Origin: Nitrospirota bacterium
GTDB lineage: Bacteria; Nitrospirota; Thermodesulfovibrionia; Thermodesulfovibrionales; JdFR-86
Length of the DNA stretch: 64,000 bases
Reading direction: 5' to 3'
NCBI GenBank assembly: GCA_963721805.1
Contig: CAVRJY010000004.1
Span: 224,001-288,000, forward strand
The translations under genes and the position numbers were made by a program. The notes below the pieces were generated by a model. That model saw only the letters and a program-made list of their open reading frames with translations, made no database searches and was not told where the DNA came from. Shown in pieces: positions 27,844-37,554 of the stretch (position 1 is its first letter; each line of letters opens with the position of its first letter).

Positions 27844-29511
27844 TTATAACCTCTCGAACTCGTCGTCGCTGCGGTCGCGTGCCCCGGTCATGTCGATGCG
27901 CACCCCGCCGGGCTTGGGCGCGGTCTTCGCCAGATGGGCTATCGCGACATGTTTGGGAGCCGCCTTAGGCGCCATCGGCCTCCGCGCCTGGCGCTTCGCA
28001 CCAGCGGTATCGACCTTGAAGAAACTTATCGTATCCTGGAGCTGCTCGGCCTGCGAGCTGAGCTCCTCGCTCGTCGAGGCCATCTCCTCCGAGGCCGAGG
28101 CGTTTTGCTGCGTGACCTGATCTAGCTGCTGAATAGCCTTGTTGATCTGCTCCGCCCCGATGTTCTGCTCCCTGGATGCCGCGCTGATCTCGGCCACGAG
28201 CTCGGCGGTCTTCTGTATGTCCGGAACGAGCTTTGCGAGCATCTGCCCGGCGTTAGCCGCGATGTCCACGCTAGTGGACGAAAGCTCGGTGATCTCCCCG
28301 GCGGCCTGCTGAGAGCGCTCCGCGAGCTTGCGCACCTCGGCCGCGACGACCGCGAAGCCCTTGCCGTGCTCCCCGGCGCGCGCGGCCTCGATGGCCGCGT
28401 TTAGCGCAAGCAGGTTCGTCTGGCGGGAAATCTCCTCAATTATGCCTATCTTATCCGCTATCTGCTTCATAGCGGCTACGGCCTGCACCACCGACTCTCC
28501 GCTTTCGTGCGCGTCATCGGCCGCCTTCCTTGCGATCTTCTCGGTCTGCATCGCGTTATCAGCGCTCTGCTTGATGTTGGAGGCCATCTCCTCCATCGAG
28601 CTCGAGGCCTCCTCGGCGGCCGAGGCCTGCTCCGTCGAGCCCTGCGACATCTCCTCGGAGCTCGCGCTTAACTCCTCTGCCCCGGAGGCGACGTTGTCGG
28701 CCGCACCTGCGACCTCGACCACTACCTCGCGTAGCTTCTCGGCCATCGCCTTCATCGCGGCCAGGAGCTTCCCGGCCTCGTCATGCCTGTCGACCGCGAT
28801 CTGGACGTTGAGGTCGCCCTCGGAGAGCCTCGTAGCTGCGGTGACGCTCTCGCCTATCGGAACTGTTATGCTGCGGGTAAGGAAAAGCGCGAACAGGGCC
28901 GAGATGGCGAGCGCCGCGCCAGCGATGCCGAACATCAAGGTGCGGGCGGTATTATAGCTCGAGACCGCCGCGCTGTAGCGCTCTTCGTTGCGCTCCCTCT
29001 GGTAGGCGATAAGCCTGTCGACCCCCTCTATCCATGCACGGACAGCTGGCCTCGCCTCCTTGTTCATTAATATGACCGCGTCGGAGTCCTTGCCGGCCAT
29101 CGAGAGGTCCGTCACCTTGTTGTTGAGCGGGCGGGCCTTATCTTGTAATTCCTTGACCTTATTTATTATCTCAAGCCCCTTTGAATCGTCCCTGGCCGTC
29201 ATGTCCTCGACCTTTTTGAAGGATGCATCATATTTTTCACGCTGCTCGCCTATCGCCTTGAGCTGTTCCTGCCGTGACTCGGCGTTATTAGTGAGCACTA
29301 TGTTTCTGAGGGCGATCGAGACCTCCCTTACCGCCTCGTTCATGTTGTTGGACTCATCGGCCCTGACATTATTGATCTTGACTATGCGGTCGAGGTGCTC
29401 CTGGATCGTGGACATGCTGTTTAAGGCAAGGCCCACCAGCAAGACCATCAGCACCATCACCGCACCGAATCCCGCGCTCAGACGCACACCTATCTTGACG
29501 TTCTTAAACAT
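27844..29511 (-). CDS. Transmembrane methyl-accepting chemotaxis protein (4HB sensor, HAMP, signalling domain)
   Basis: Two TM helices, HAMP (DE.G.L), [29 protein letters not shown]-terminal EFERL pentapeptide-like tail. Confidence 0.95.
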   Translation of the reverse strand: MFKNVKIGVRLSAGFGAVMVLMVLLVGLALNSMSTIQEHLDRIVKINNVRADESNNMNEAVREVSIALRNIVLTNNAESRQEQLKAIGEQREKYDASFKKVEDMTARDDSKGLEIINKVKELQDKARPLNNKVTDLSMAGKDSDAVILMNKEARPAVRAWIEGVDRLIAYQRERNEERYSAAVSSYNTARTLMFGIAGAALAISALFALFLTRSITVPIGESVTAATRLSEGDLNVQIAVDRHDEAGKLLAAMKAMAEKLREVVVEVAGAADNVASGAEELSASSEEMSQGSTEQASAAEEASSSMEEMASNIKQSADNAMQTEKIARKAADDAHESGESVVQAVAAMKQIADKIGIIEEISRQTNLLALNAAIEAARAGEHGKGFAVVAAEVRKLAERSQQAAGEITELSSTSVDIAANAGQMLAKLVPDIQKTAELVAEISAASREQNIGAEQINKAIQQLDQVTQQNASASEEMASTSEELSSQAEQLQDTISFFKVDTAGAKRQARRPMAPKAAPKHVAIAHLAKTAPKPGGVRIDMTGARDRSDDEFERL

Positions 29512-29570
29512 TTAAACCCTCCATGAAGTTGGCTCGCTCACTGATGCCCGGGCCGTATTGACCAGGAGCA

Positions 29571-29599
29571 AGCATAAACGAAAAAAACATTATTGTCAA
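29571..29599 (-). promoter_or_regulatory. Sigma70 promoter for the MCP-cheW unit
   Basis: TTGACA-N17-TATGCT in an AT-rich divergent region that also holds an AATAAATAT...ATATTTATT inverted repeat. Confidence 0.55.
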
Positions 29600-29666
29600 T
29601 AAATATATAAATATTATATTTATTCTGCCGGTGCTATAATGAGACCACGTCAAAGGAGGGTTCGCA

Positions 29667-29870
29667 ATGTCAGAGGTAGGCTCAGCGACGGATTCGTCCT
29701 CAGCGCTCAGGGATGCGCAGCAGCAAGCTCAGCAACAGCAGGCGCAGCAGCAGGTTCAGCAGCAACAGCAGGCGCAGCAGCAACAGCAGACGCAGGACAG
29801 GCAGAGACAGGCCGAGCCCCGCGCAGAAGAGGCCCCGGAAAAGGGAAACGGCGTCAGCGTTTACGCCTGA
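29667..29870 (+). CDS. Small poly-Gln protein with a YjfB-like C-terminal GxxVxVYA motif
   Basis: Strong SD AAGGAGG; TGCTATAAT extended -10 upstream; 67 aa ending EKGNGVSVYA. Confidence 0.7.
   Translation: MSEVGSATDSSSALRDAQQQAQQQQAQQQVQQQQQAQQQQQTQDRQRQAEPRAEEAPEKGNGVSVYA
29715..29795 (+). repeat. Imperfect CAG/CAA trinucleotide repeat encoding poly-Q
   Basis: GCGCAGCAGCAAGCTCAGCAACAGCAGGCGCAGCAG... with CAGCAACAGCAGGCGCAGCAG repeated. Confidence 0.85.
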
Positions 29871-30589
29871 GGCGGGTCGAAGGCGATCAGCTCCTTTATG
29901 TGATCGTCGAGCAGCGCCGTAGCCTCGGCGCTGAGCCCGGTGAAGCGCACTGCCATGCCCGGCGGCACCGTGAGGCTCTCTGAAGAGACTTCCTTGAAGT
30001 ATATGACCTCGCCCCTGACGTGCATCGGCCGGTCGATCGGGAGGATGACCTCGACCTCTGTGCCGGTAGGGTAAGGGGGGTTGCGCCTGATGTATATGCC
30101 GCCCTTCGAGAGCGTGACTGAGTAGCAGATCTCGGGCTTTCCTCCGTCAACCACCAGGCCGACCTTGCATTCGTACGAGATGCGGATCTGCTCGCGCCGG
30201 TTGGAGCCGCTCGGGACCAGGCTTTCCTGCAGGATGCCGTGCAGGGTCTCGGCCGTGAAGGGCTTTTTTATGAGTCCGGCGCAGCCCAGGGCAGAGGTCT
30301 CGACGTACATCCTTTCGTCCGGAGAGGACGAGACCAGCACGACGGGGATGTCCGCGGTCTCGGCGGTGCCCTTCATATGCCTCAAGGTCTCGATCCCGCC
30401 AAGGCCGGGCATATTGACGTCCATCACCACGATATCCGGACGCCAGAGCCTCAGGAGCTTCAGGACCTCGATGCCGTTTTCGGCGATGATGGTCTTGGTG
30501 AAACCCATCTTCCTGAGCAGCAGCGCGATGTAGGATACGTATGTGCGGTTGTCGTCAACGAGCAGAATCTTCTTCGGCCTGTCCCCCAT
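29861..30589 (-). CDS. Response regulator with C-terminal PilZ domain
   Basis: ILLVDD, VMDVNMPG, KPF; RREQIR (RxxxR), TLSKGG (degenerate D/NxSxxG), GMAVRF. Confidence 0.88.
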   Translation of the reverse strand: MGDRPKKILLVDDNRTYVSYIALLLRKMGFTKTIIAENGIEVLKLLRLWRPDIVVMDVNMPGLGGIETLRHMKGTAETADIPVVLVSSSPDERMYVETSALGCAGLIKKPFTAETLHGILQESLVPSGSNRREQIRISYECKVGLVVDGGKPEICYSVTLSKGGIYIRRNPPYPTGTEVEVILPIDRPMHVRGEVIYFKEVSSESLTVPPGMAVRFTGLSAEATALLDDHIKELIAFDPPQA

Positions 30590-30713
30590 ACGCCTCAAGA
30601 ATATGCCGATCAGGGGGCGCATGTCAAGCACGCCGGGCAGCTCATGAGGCACGTCCGGGGCGGCTCCGCGGGTTAGATGAAAGGGGCGCGGGGTGAGCTG
30701 ACAGGAGGCGGTA

Positions 30714-32825
30714 TCAGTCGATTCTGGAGGCTGACTCCACGGTCTCGGCCGCGGCGTACAGGGCCGGGAGGTCCAGGATTAGCGCCACCGTGCCGTCGCC
30801 GAGGATCGTCGCGCCGGAGATGCCGTTTATGTCGCGGTACATGCGCCCGAGGGTCTTGATGACCGTCTGGTGCTGCCCGATCACCTTGTCCACGGCGAAG
30901 CCCACGCGCTGGTCCTCGACCCTTCCGATCACGACCTGCTCGATGTCGGGCTGCGGGCCGTCGATTATGAAGTGCTCCCTCATGCGGATATACGGGACTA
31001 CCTCGCCCCGGACGTTTACGGTGTGGCGGCCGTGGGCCGAGGCGATGTCAGAGCGGCTCAGTTCGACGCACTCCTCGACCGCGCCAAGGGCGATGACGAA
31101 GCGGCCGCCGCCGACCTCCACGAGCAGGCCGTCGATGATCGCGAGCGTAAGCGGGAGCCGCAGCGTGATCGTGGTGCCGAGCCCCCGTCTGCTCGTGACA
31201 TCGATCCTGCCGCGCAGGGCGTCGATGCCGCGTTTTACGACGTCCATCCCAACACCCCGGCCCGATACGTCCGTAACCTTACTGGCTGTCGAGAAACCGG
31301 GCATGAAGATGAGGGCGAATGTCTCTTTTTCAGAGAGCGCGGCGTCGGGCTGTACGAGGCCCTTCTCGACCCCCTTGGCGCGGATCACGGCCGGGTCGAT
31401 GCCCGCGCCGTCATCGACGATTTCTATAAGCACGTTCGCGCCGGAGTGTCTCGCCGAGAGGTGTATCGTTCCTTGCGGGGGCTTTCCGGCGGCTGCGCGC
31501 TCGTCCGGCATCTCGACCCCGTGGTCTATGCTGTTTCGGATCAGGTGCACGAGCGGGTCGTTCAGGCGCTCGATGACAGTTTTGTCCAGTTCGGTCTCGG
31601 CCCCTTCGGTCGTGAGCTGTATGTCCTTGCCGAGCTGGGCCGAGAGGTCGCGCACGAGCCGCCGGAACTTGCTGAAGGTGCTCCCGATCTGCACCATGCG
31701 GATGCTCATCGTGTTGTCGTGGAGATCGGCCGTCAGGCGCTCGACCTCCTCGGCGATGGCCCTGAGCACGTCGTCGTCGCGGCCGAGCGCGGTCTGCGTC
31801 AGGCTGGCCTGCACGGTGACGAGCTCCCCGACGAGGTCAACGAGGGTATCGAGCTTGCTCGACGGCACGCGGATCGTAGAGGCGGTCTCCTCCTTACGCC
31901 GCTCCTTGCGGATCTCCTTGACGGCCTTCTGCTCCTCGAGGGCCGAGGCTATCGCGCTCTCGGGCACTATGCCCTCGTCGACGAGGAGCGCGCCTATCGG
32001 CCTTTGCCGCTTGAGCATCTCCTCGAGGCGCTCGCGGGTGATGTCGCCGCGCGCCACCAGTATCTCGCCAAGCCGCATGACCTCCTCGTCCTCCGCCACG
32101 TCGTCGATGAGGTCGATGCGGACCTCCGAATCATCCGCGACGAATATGAAGACGTCCCTTATCGCGCCAATGCCGGTGTCCGTCGTGAGTATGACGTCCC
32201 ACCACGCAAAGCAGCCCTCGGGCTCGATCTCATCGAGCGCCGGCACGTCGGTCATGTGCACGACGACCCTGCACTCGCCCAGGGCGCGCAGGTCGTTAAG
32301 CAGGTATACGGGATTGCTCCCCTGCATGAAGATAGAGGCGGCGGGCTTGAAGCGGATCCTGTAGGTATGCATCCCTGAAGCGGCGGGCCCCTGCGCCGCC
32401 GGGCCGGTTTCGAGCGCGGCCTCTGGCTTTTGATCGTCCGGCATCAGGGTCCGCAGGCCCTCGAGTATCGTGCGGCCGATGGCCGCATCGCCTTCGGATA
32501 TCGCTCCCCGGTCCGCATCGAGCAGGACGCGGATGTGGTCGCGTGCGCCCAGGGTGAGGTTAACGAGTTCGCGGCTGACCTTCATCCGTCCGCCGCGTAC
32601 CAGGTCATAGACCGTCTCTATGTTGTGCGTGAAGGCCGCGATGTCGTCATATCCGAACATCGCCCCGGAGCCCTTGATCGTGTGCATCGCACGGAAGACC
32701 CGCCCTACGATGTCCATGTCCTCGGGCCGCTCCTCAAGCGCAAGCAGCGAGTCCTCGAGCTCCGAGAGGTATTCGAGGGCCTCGTCCCTGTATGCGTCCC
32801 TGTGCTGGTCCTGTGGCGTGGGCAT
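30714..32825 (-). CDS. cheA: Chemotaxis histidine kinase CheA with an MshEN-like insertion
   Basis: HPt FRAMHTIKG, LDTLVDLVGELV, HLIRNSIDHG, DDGAG, SGRGVGMDVV, C-terminal CheW domain. Confidence 0.96.
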   Translation of the reverse strand: MPTPQDQHRDAYRDEALEYLSELEDSLLALEERPEDMDIVGRVFRAMHTIKGSGAMFGYDDIAAFTHNIETVYDLVRGGRMKVSRELVNLTLGARDHIRVLLDADRGAISEGDAAIGRTILEGLRTLMPDDQKPEAALETGPAAQGPAASGMHTYRIRFKPAASIFMQGSNPVYLLNDLRALGECRVVVHMTDVPALDEIEPEGCFAWWDVILTTDTGIGAIRDVFIFVADDSEVRIDLIDDVAEDEEVMRLGEILVARGDITRERLEEMLKRQRPIGALLVDEGIVPESAIASALEEQKAVKEIRKERRKEETASTIRVPSSKLDTLVDLVGELVTVQASLTQTALGRDDDVLRAIAEEVERLTADLHDNTMSIRMVQIGSTFSKFRRLVRDLSAQLGKDIQLTTEGAETELDKTVIERLNDPLVHLIRNSIDHGVEMPDERAAAGKPPQGTIHLSARHSGANVLIEIVDDGAGIDPAVIRAKGVEKGLVQPDAALSEKETFALIFMPGFSTASKVTDVSGRGVGMDVVKRGIDALRGRIDVTSRRGLGTTITLRLPLTLAIIDGLLVEVGGGRFVIALGAVEECVELSRSDIASAHGRHTVNVRGEVVPYIRMREHFIIDGPQPDIEQVVIGRVEDQRVGFAVDKVIGQHQTVIKTLGRMYRDINGISGATILGDGTVALILDLPALYAAAETVESASRID

Positions 32826-32831
32826 ATCGGG

Positions 32832-33182
32832 TTATGCCGCCGGGGCCGGGTTCCAGCAGCACCGCACGGCGCCGCCGGAGAAGCAGCTGCGGCTGCGGGC
32901 GAAGCCGATCTCGTCGGCAAGCGACTGGACGCAATCCCCTGAGTTTCCTGCGAGCGCGAACTCCCGGCCTTCCTTTACGGCCTTTTTGTGGGCCGCGCAC
33001 AGCAGCTGGAAGAACGACAGGTCAGCATGGCTCAGCTCGGAGAGGTCGACCGAGACAGGCCCCGGAGACTGAAACGCGCGGAGCAGGGCATCGCGGATAA
33101 GCGCCGCGGATCGCACCGTGGCCTCGCCGGAGATAATCACGTTCGCGCCCTCTACGCGCAGCCGTGGCGTATCAGAATCCAT
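32832..33182 (-). CDS. STAS-domain protein of the chemotaxis operon
   Basis: VSVDLSELSHADLSFFQLL; lies between cheY and cheA; Cys-rich C-terminus (SCF...CCW). Confidence 0.8.
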   Translation of the reverse strand: MDSDTPRLRVEGANVIISGEATVRSAALIRDALLRAFQSPGPVSVDLSELSHADLSFFQLLCAAHKKAVKEGREFALAGNSGDCVQSLADEIGFARSRSCFSGGAVRCCWNPAPAA

Positions 33183-33200
33183 TTCCGCCCCGCATCGGAA

Positions 33201-33566
33201 TTACCTGAGGAATCTCTGCACAACGCTCAGGAGCTGTTCGGGCTTGAACGGCTTCACTATCCAGCCGCTTGCGCCAGCGGTCTTGCCCTCGGCCTTCTTC
33301 GTATCCTGCGACTCGGTCGTGAGCATCACGATCGGGGTGAACTTATATGCAGGCATCTGACGGAGCTGGCGTATAAGCTCGAGGCCGTCCATCTCAGGCA
33401 TGTTGAGGTCCGTCACGACCATATCGACCTTCGCGCCGGCCGCCTTGCCCACGGCGTCCCTGCCGTTTACGGCGGTGAGCACCGTATAGCCTGCGTCCTT
33501 GAGAGTGTAATCCACGAGCTGCCTCATCGAGGCGGAGTCGTCCACGATCATTACGGTCTTGCCCAT
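33201..33566 (-). CDS. cheY: Chemotaxis response regulator CheY
   Basis: IVDDS, VTDLNMPEMDG, MLTTES, GWIVKPF. Confidence 0.93.
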   Translation of the reverse strand: MGKTVMIVDDSASMRQLVDYTLKDAGYTVLTAVNGRDAVGKAAGAKVDMVVTDLNMPEMDGLELIRQLRQMPAYKFTPIVMLTTESQDTKKAEGKTAGASGWIVKPFKPEQLLSVVQRFLR

Positions 33567-33601
33567 ATCCATCCCCTCATGATGTTGTGTTCCCCCCTGA
33601 G

Positions 33602-34822
33602 TCAAAACAGCGTGACGTTATCCTCGGCAGCCTCCCCGGCCGCCTGAACGCCCGGTGCGGCGGAGCCCGCCAGCGCCCGCTTCATCGCATCGCGCTCGGA
33701 TTCCATAGTATACTGGGTCTCGAGCCATTTTACATTATCTTCCGAGGCACCGTCCCATTCGCTAATCTTCACGCCGAGGCTCTTGAGCCGGCCGAGCGCC
33801 TCGCTGAAATCCTCGCGCATCGCCACCAGCGGGCCGCTGACGTGCTCGATCCTCTGGCGCGTGATGTCCTGAAACTGCATGCTCGTGATGACCGCGCTGA
33901 TGTCGTGGGCCAGGCCCTCGGCCTCGCGCTTGAGCGTGTCGAGGTCGGACTTGGTATCGGACATTATTCCGTCCATCTTGATCATCGTGTCCGAGACGAC
34001 CTCGGCAGCGCGGGCGATGTCCTCGTGCGACTCGTCCGAGATGGACGAGGTGCGGCGGTACATCGCGTCTACGTCGTGCTCGACCGACTGGATGAGCTTG
34101 CCTATGTCGCTGGCTGCCACGTTGGAGCGCGACGAGAGCTTCCTGACCTCGTCGGCCACGACCGCGAAGCCGCGCCCGTGCTCCCCGGCCCGCGCGGCCT
34201 CTATCGCCGCGTTGAGGGCCAGCAGGTTCGTCTGGTCCGCTATGTATTCGATATCCTGGAGTATCCGCCTGATGTTGACGACGTCCTTCTGCACGGCCTT
34301 CATATCCTCAATGGTCTGGGCCTCGGCCTCGGCCATCTTCGACACTACGGTCACGACATCGGTCAGCGCCGTGCGGCTGATGTCCAGCAGCGAGGTGTCT
34401 CCGTCGCCGCCCGTGAACCTGCCGAATGCGGACGAGGCCTGCCCGGCCTGCTCGCGCGCGCGGCCGGCGATGTTCATGAAACGCTCACCGATCTCTATCG
34501 ATGCCTGCTCGGTGTGGTCCGTGACCTCCTTGAGCTGCTCGACCATCACCGGGATGGCGTTCATGCGGCTCATGATCATCCCGCCAAGCGGGGCGACGTC
34601 ACCCCTCAGTTCGGACAGATGAGAGTGCTTCTCCTCCTCGTGCTGGCTGCGCTGCACCCCAATGCGGTGCGCCATCAGGGCGTATGCCGCCGCGCTGGCG
34701 GCCAGCATTATCAGAACGGTCAGCCCCGCCCTCAGCCACGTGCCGCCTATGAAAGAAACAGCGACAAACGGCACGAGCAGCAGTGCGACCTTGAGTATCA
34801 GTTTGTAGTCGGCCCTCTCCAT
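33602..34822 (-). CDS. Methyl-accepting chemotaxis protein without a periplasmic sensor
   Basis: Two adjacent TM helices, [57 protein letters not shown]-terminus. Confidence 0.9.
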   Translation of the reverse strand: MERADYKLILKVALLLVPFVAVSFIGGTWLRAGLTVLIMLAASAAAYALMAHRIGVQRSQHEEEKHSHLSELRGDVAPLGGMIMSRMNAIPVMVEQLKEVTDHTEQASIEIGERFMNIAGRAREQAGQASSAFGRFTGGDGDTSLLDISRTALTDVVTVVSKMAEAEAQTIEDMKAVQKDVVNIRRILQDIEYIADQTNLLALNAAIEAARAGEHGRGFAVVADEVRKLSSRSNVAASDIGKLIQSVEHDVDAMYRRTSSISDESHEDIARAAEVVSDTMIKMDGIMSDTKSDLDTLKREAEGLAHDISAVITSMQFQDITRQRIEHVSGPLVAMREDFSEALGRLKSLGVKISEWDGASEDNVKWLETQYTMESERDAMKRALAGSAAPGVQAAGEAAEDNVTLF

Positions 34823-34931
34823 TTTCCCATCTCCTGACGCTAAGAATCCGTTAGTATACACGGCGTATTAAAGAAATAATAGTATTGATTGTACACCATT
34901 GCAAGTCCGGTCGAATGTGACCGGCGTCACA

Positions 34932-35909
34932 CTATCCCCCTATTGAGGACATCGAGACGTGGGATGCCCGCTCAGGGCCGTTTGAGAGGTAATTGCCCTC
35001 GGGCTTTGCGATTATAGCGAGGCCGAACAGCCTCGCGAGTTCCGCGTCATCGGCCCCGCGGCGCAGCGGGCCCAGGACGTCGATCTCGGTGCTTGAAAAC
35101 AGGCACGGCCTTATGCGGCCGGCCGCGCTGATCCGAAGCCTGCTGCAGCTTGAGCAAAACCCGTGGCTTACAGGGCTTATGAATCCGACCACGCCAGAGG
35201 CGCCCTTGATCCGGTAGTTTCTGGAGGTCCCGCCCCCCCTGAAAGGCAGCCGCTCCAGCGGCCCGTGCGCGGCCTCGACGCGCCCCATGATCTCAGGGAC
35301 GCGGACGCAGCGCTCTTCGCTCCAGCCCCGCCCGGCCGTGGGCATGAACTCGATGAACCGCACGTGCACCGGCTCTGCCAGGCTGAGGGCCGCAAACTCG
35401 GGTATCTCGCCGTCGTTCACCCCGCGCATCGGGACCATGTTGATCTTGACCGGCGTGAGGCCCGCGTCTTTAGCTGACGCGATCCCCTCAAGCACCCGCC
35501 CAAGCTCGCCGCCGCCCGTTACCGAGCTGAACCGCCCCGGCTCGAGCGAGTCGAGGCTCACGTTTACGCGGTCGAGCCCTGCCGCGGCAAGCGGCCCGGC
35601 CATCGCCCTGAGGCGCGAGCCGTTGGTCGTGAGGCTCAGGTCGCGCACGCCCAGGCGTTTTAAGCAAGAGACGATATCGATGATGTCCGGCCTCACGAGC
35701 GGCTCGCCGCCGGTGAGCCTGATCTTGCGGACGCCGAACCCCAGCGCGACCGAGGCTATGCGGCCGAGCTCTGCCGGGGTGTAGATATCGGCCTCGGCAA
35801 AGCGCGCCGGAGGCGCGGCGGGCATGCAGTAGACGCAGCCCATGTTGCAGCGGTCAGTGACCGATACGCGCAGGTAGTCTATCCTTCTGCCAAATCCGTC
35901 GATAGCCAT
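34932..35909 (-). CDS. moaA: GTP 3',8-cyclase MoaA
   Basis: YLRVSVTDRCNMGCVYC, RLTGGEP, RFIEFMP, FCSSCSRLR...PCLF, terminal SIGG. Confidence 0.95.
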   Translation of the reverse strand: MAIDGFGRRIDYLRVSVTDRCNMGCVYCMPAAPPARFAEADIYTPAELGRIASVALGFGVRKIRLTGGEPLVRPDIIDIVSCLKRLGVRDLSLTTNGSRLRAMAGPLAAAGLDRVNVSLDSLEPGRFSSVTGGGELGRVLEGIASAKDAGLTPVKINMVPMRGVNDGEIPEFAALSLAEPVHVRFIEFMPTAGRGWSEERCVRVPEIMGRVEAAHGPLERLPFRGGGTSRNYRIKGASGVVGFISPVSHGFCSSCSRLRISAAGRIRPCLFSSTEIDVLGPLRRGADDAELARLFGLAIIAKPEGNYLSNGPERASHVSMSSIGG

Positions 35910-35914
35910 TATTG

Positions 35915-35943
35915 ATTCTACCTTAAACCGGACCGCATGACAA
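35915..35943 (-). promoter_or_regulatory. Sigma70 promoter implying a leaderless moaA transcript
   Basis: TTGTCA-N17-TAGAAT-CAATA-ATG; no SD. Confidence 0.6.
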
Positions 35944-35975
35944 AACGCCCCTATGTTCCATTATAAAAATTGCTT

Positions 35976-36088
35976 AAAAGGAAGGGGGGCCCTGAGGGGG
36001 GTAATCTCAGGGCCCCGTTGTGGAAGCGTCCCGGCCTAATTCCAGCCACCCGGGAGGGCGGCCGTAATATGGACCTTGGCCGGGATGC
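35976..36088 (-). ncRNA. Candidate structured small RNA or ftsZ 3' element ending in a terminator hairpin
   Basis: Long interrupted hairpin GCAUCCCGGCC...GGCCGGGACGC with apical CGGCCGCCC-UCCC-GGGUGGCUG, then an 11-bp hairpin GGGGCCCUGAG/CUCAGGGCCCC and CCUUCCUUUU. Confidence 0.4.
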
Positions 36089-36171
36089 GGGGTAAATATT
36101 AACTGTCAGCTATAAGCCGCGTCCCACCCCGCATGCCTTCCGCGGGGCGAACAATCTTTTCCCGTAACCGC

Positions 36172-37485
36172 CTACAATGACGTCGTGCGGGCCGCAGGAG
36201 CGGAGATCGGCTTGCGCAGGAAGGTCGGGATATCGATCGGGTCATCCGAGTCGAGATCAAACGCGAGCGACTTCGAGAGCACGCGGCCCGAGCCCTTAAG
36301 CGAGACATGTGGCTGAGCTATGCTGCGGCGGGGCGGCTCTGGGGTCACGTCCTCGACTATCACCCCGAGGGCCTCGGCCACGGCCTGAGATATCGAAGGT
36401 GCAGCGGGCTTCGCCTCGGCCTGTGCTACATGGGCTGCTACCTTCGCGGCCGTTGCGCTCAGCGCCTCGCGCGTCATCGGGGTCCAGGCCTTCACGGCAG
36501 GGACCTCGGCCTTGCGCGGGATGTCCTTAAACCCGGTGGCGATGACCGTCACGCGCATCTCGTCCTCCATGTTGGGGTCGATCACAGCGCCGACGATTAT
36601 GTTGGCCTCGGGGTCCGCGCTCTCGTGCACCATGCCCATCGCGTCCTGCACCTCGTCGAGCGAGAGGTCGAACCCCCCAGTGATGTTCACGAGTATGCCC
36701 ATCGCGCCCTCTATCGAGTTGTTCTCTATCAGGGGGTTTAAGATCGCACGCTTTGCGGCCTCGTGCGAGCGCTTCTCGCCCTTGCCCACGCCCATGCCTA
36801 TGACCGCGCGGCCCCGGTTTTCCATGATCGTCTTTACGTCGGCGAAGTCCACGTTTACGAGCCCAGTGCGCAGGACGAGGTCCGATATCCCGGCCACCGC
36901 GTTTCTGAGGACGTCGTTTGCGACCTCGAAGCACTTCAGTATCGGCGTGCCGCGCTCGACGACCAGAGAGATCTTGTCGTTGGGGACGATGATGATCGCG
37001 TCCACCCGGTTTTGGAGCTCGGCGATGCCGCGCTCTGCGTTGGCGCGGCGCCCTCCGCCCTCTATCGTGAAGGGCCTCGTTACGACCGCGACCGTCAGCG
37101 CGCCCATCTCCTTTGCGACTTCCGCGACCACCGGAGAGGCCCCGGTGCCGGTGCCGCCGCCCATCCCGGCCGTGATGAAGACCATGTCCGCGCCCTCGAG
37201 GCAGCGGGTGATCAGCTCGCGGTCTTCGAGCGCGGCGTCGCGGCCGACCTCGGGCTTCATGCCCGCGCCCAGCCCGCGCGTGACGGTGCTTCCGATATGC
37301 ACCTTGTGCGCCGCGAGCGAGGCCTCGAGCGCCTGGGAGTCCGTGTTTATCACGACGAACTCCACGCCGCCTATGTGCGAGGCTATCATGTTGTTTACGA
37401 CGTTTCCGCCGGCCCCGCCAACGCCTACGACCTTGATGTTGGCCACCAGCCCGCCTACGGAGTTTTCACCGAGCTCGAATACCAT
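36172..37485 (-). CDS. ftsZ: Cell division GTPase FtsZ
   Basis: GVGGAGGN, NTDSQ, GMGGGTGTG, NVDFADV, C-terminal IDIPTFLRK. Confidence 0.98.
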   Translation of the reverse strand: MVFELGENSVGGLVANIKVVGVGGAGGNVVNNMIASHIGGVEFVVINTDSQALEASLAAHKVHIGSTVTRGLGAGMKPEVGRDAALEDRELITRCLEGADMVFITAGMGGGTGTGASPVVAEVAKEMGALTVAVVTRPFTIEGGGRRANAERGIAELQNRVDAIIIVPNDKISLVVERGTPILKCFEVANDVLRNAVAGISDLVLRTGLVNVDFADVKTIMENRGRAVIGMGVGKGEKRSHEAAKRAILNPLIENNSIEGAMGILVNITGGFDLSLDEVQDAMGMVHESADPEANIIVGAVIDPNMEDEMRVTVIATGFKDIPRKAEVPAVKAWTPMTREALSATAAKVAAHVAQAEAKPAAPSISQAVAEALGVIVEDVTPEPPRRSIAQPHVSLKGSGRVLSKSLAFDLDSDDPIDIPTFLRKPISAPAARTTSL

Positions 37486-37554
37486 CTTTTACTACCCCCT
37501 TGTATATGGTTAATGTCCAGAGCCGTCCCAATCCTGAGACAGGCTCATTAATGC

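Noticed and set aside
30790..32378. Long plus-strand ORFs opposite cheA, and similar ones opposite ftsZ, murC, the MCPs and lon
   Set aside because: Stop-poor antisense frames are expected in high-GC coding DNA; the opposite strand carries the conserved motifs.
36026..36088. Moco riboswitch upstream of moaA (CCAAGG...UACGG and CCUCCCG...UGGAA fragments)
   Set aside because: No GNRA-capped P4 stem and no SD-containing P1. The element is separated from moaA by a terminator-like hairpin and a separate promoter. Kept only as an unclassified RNA candidate.
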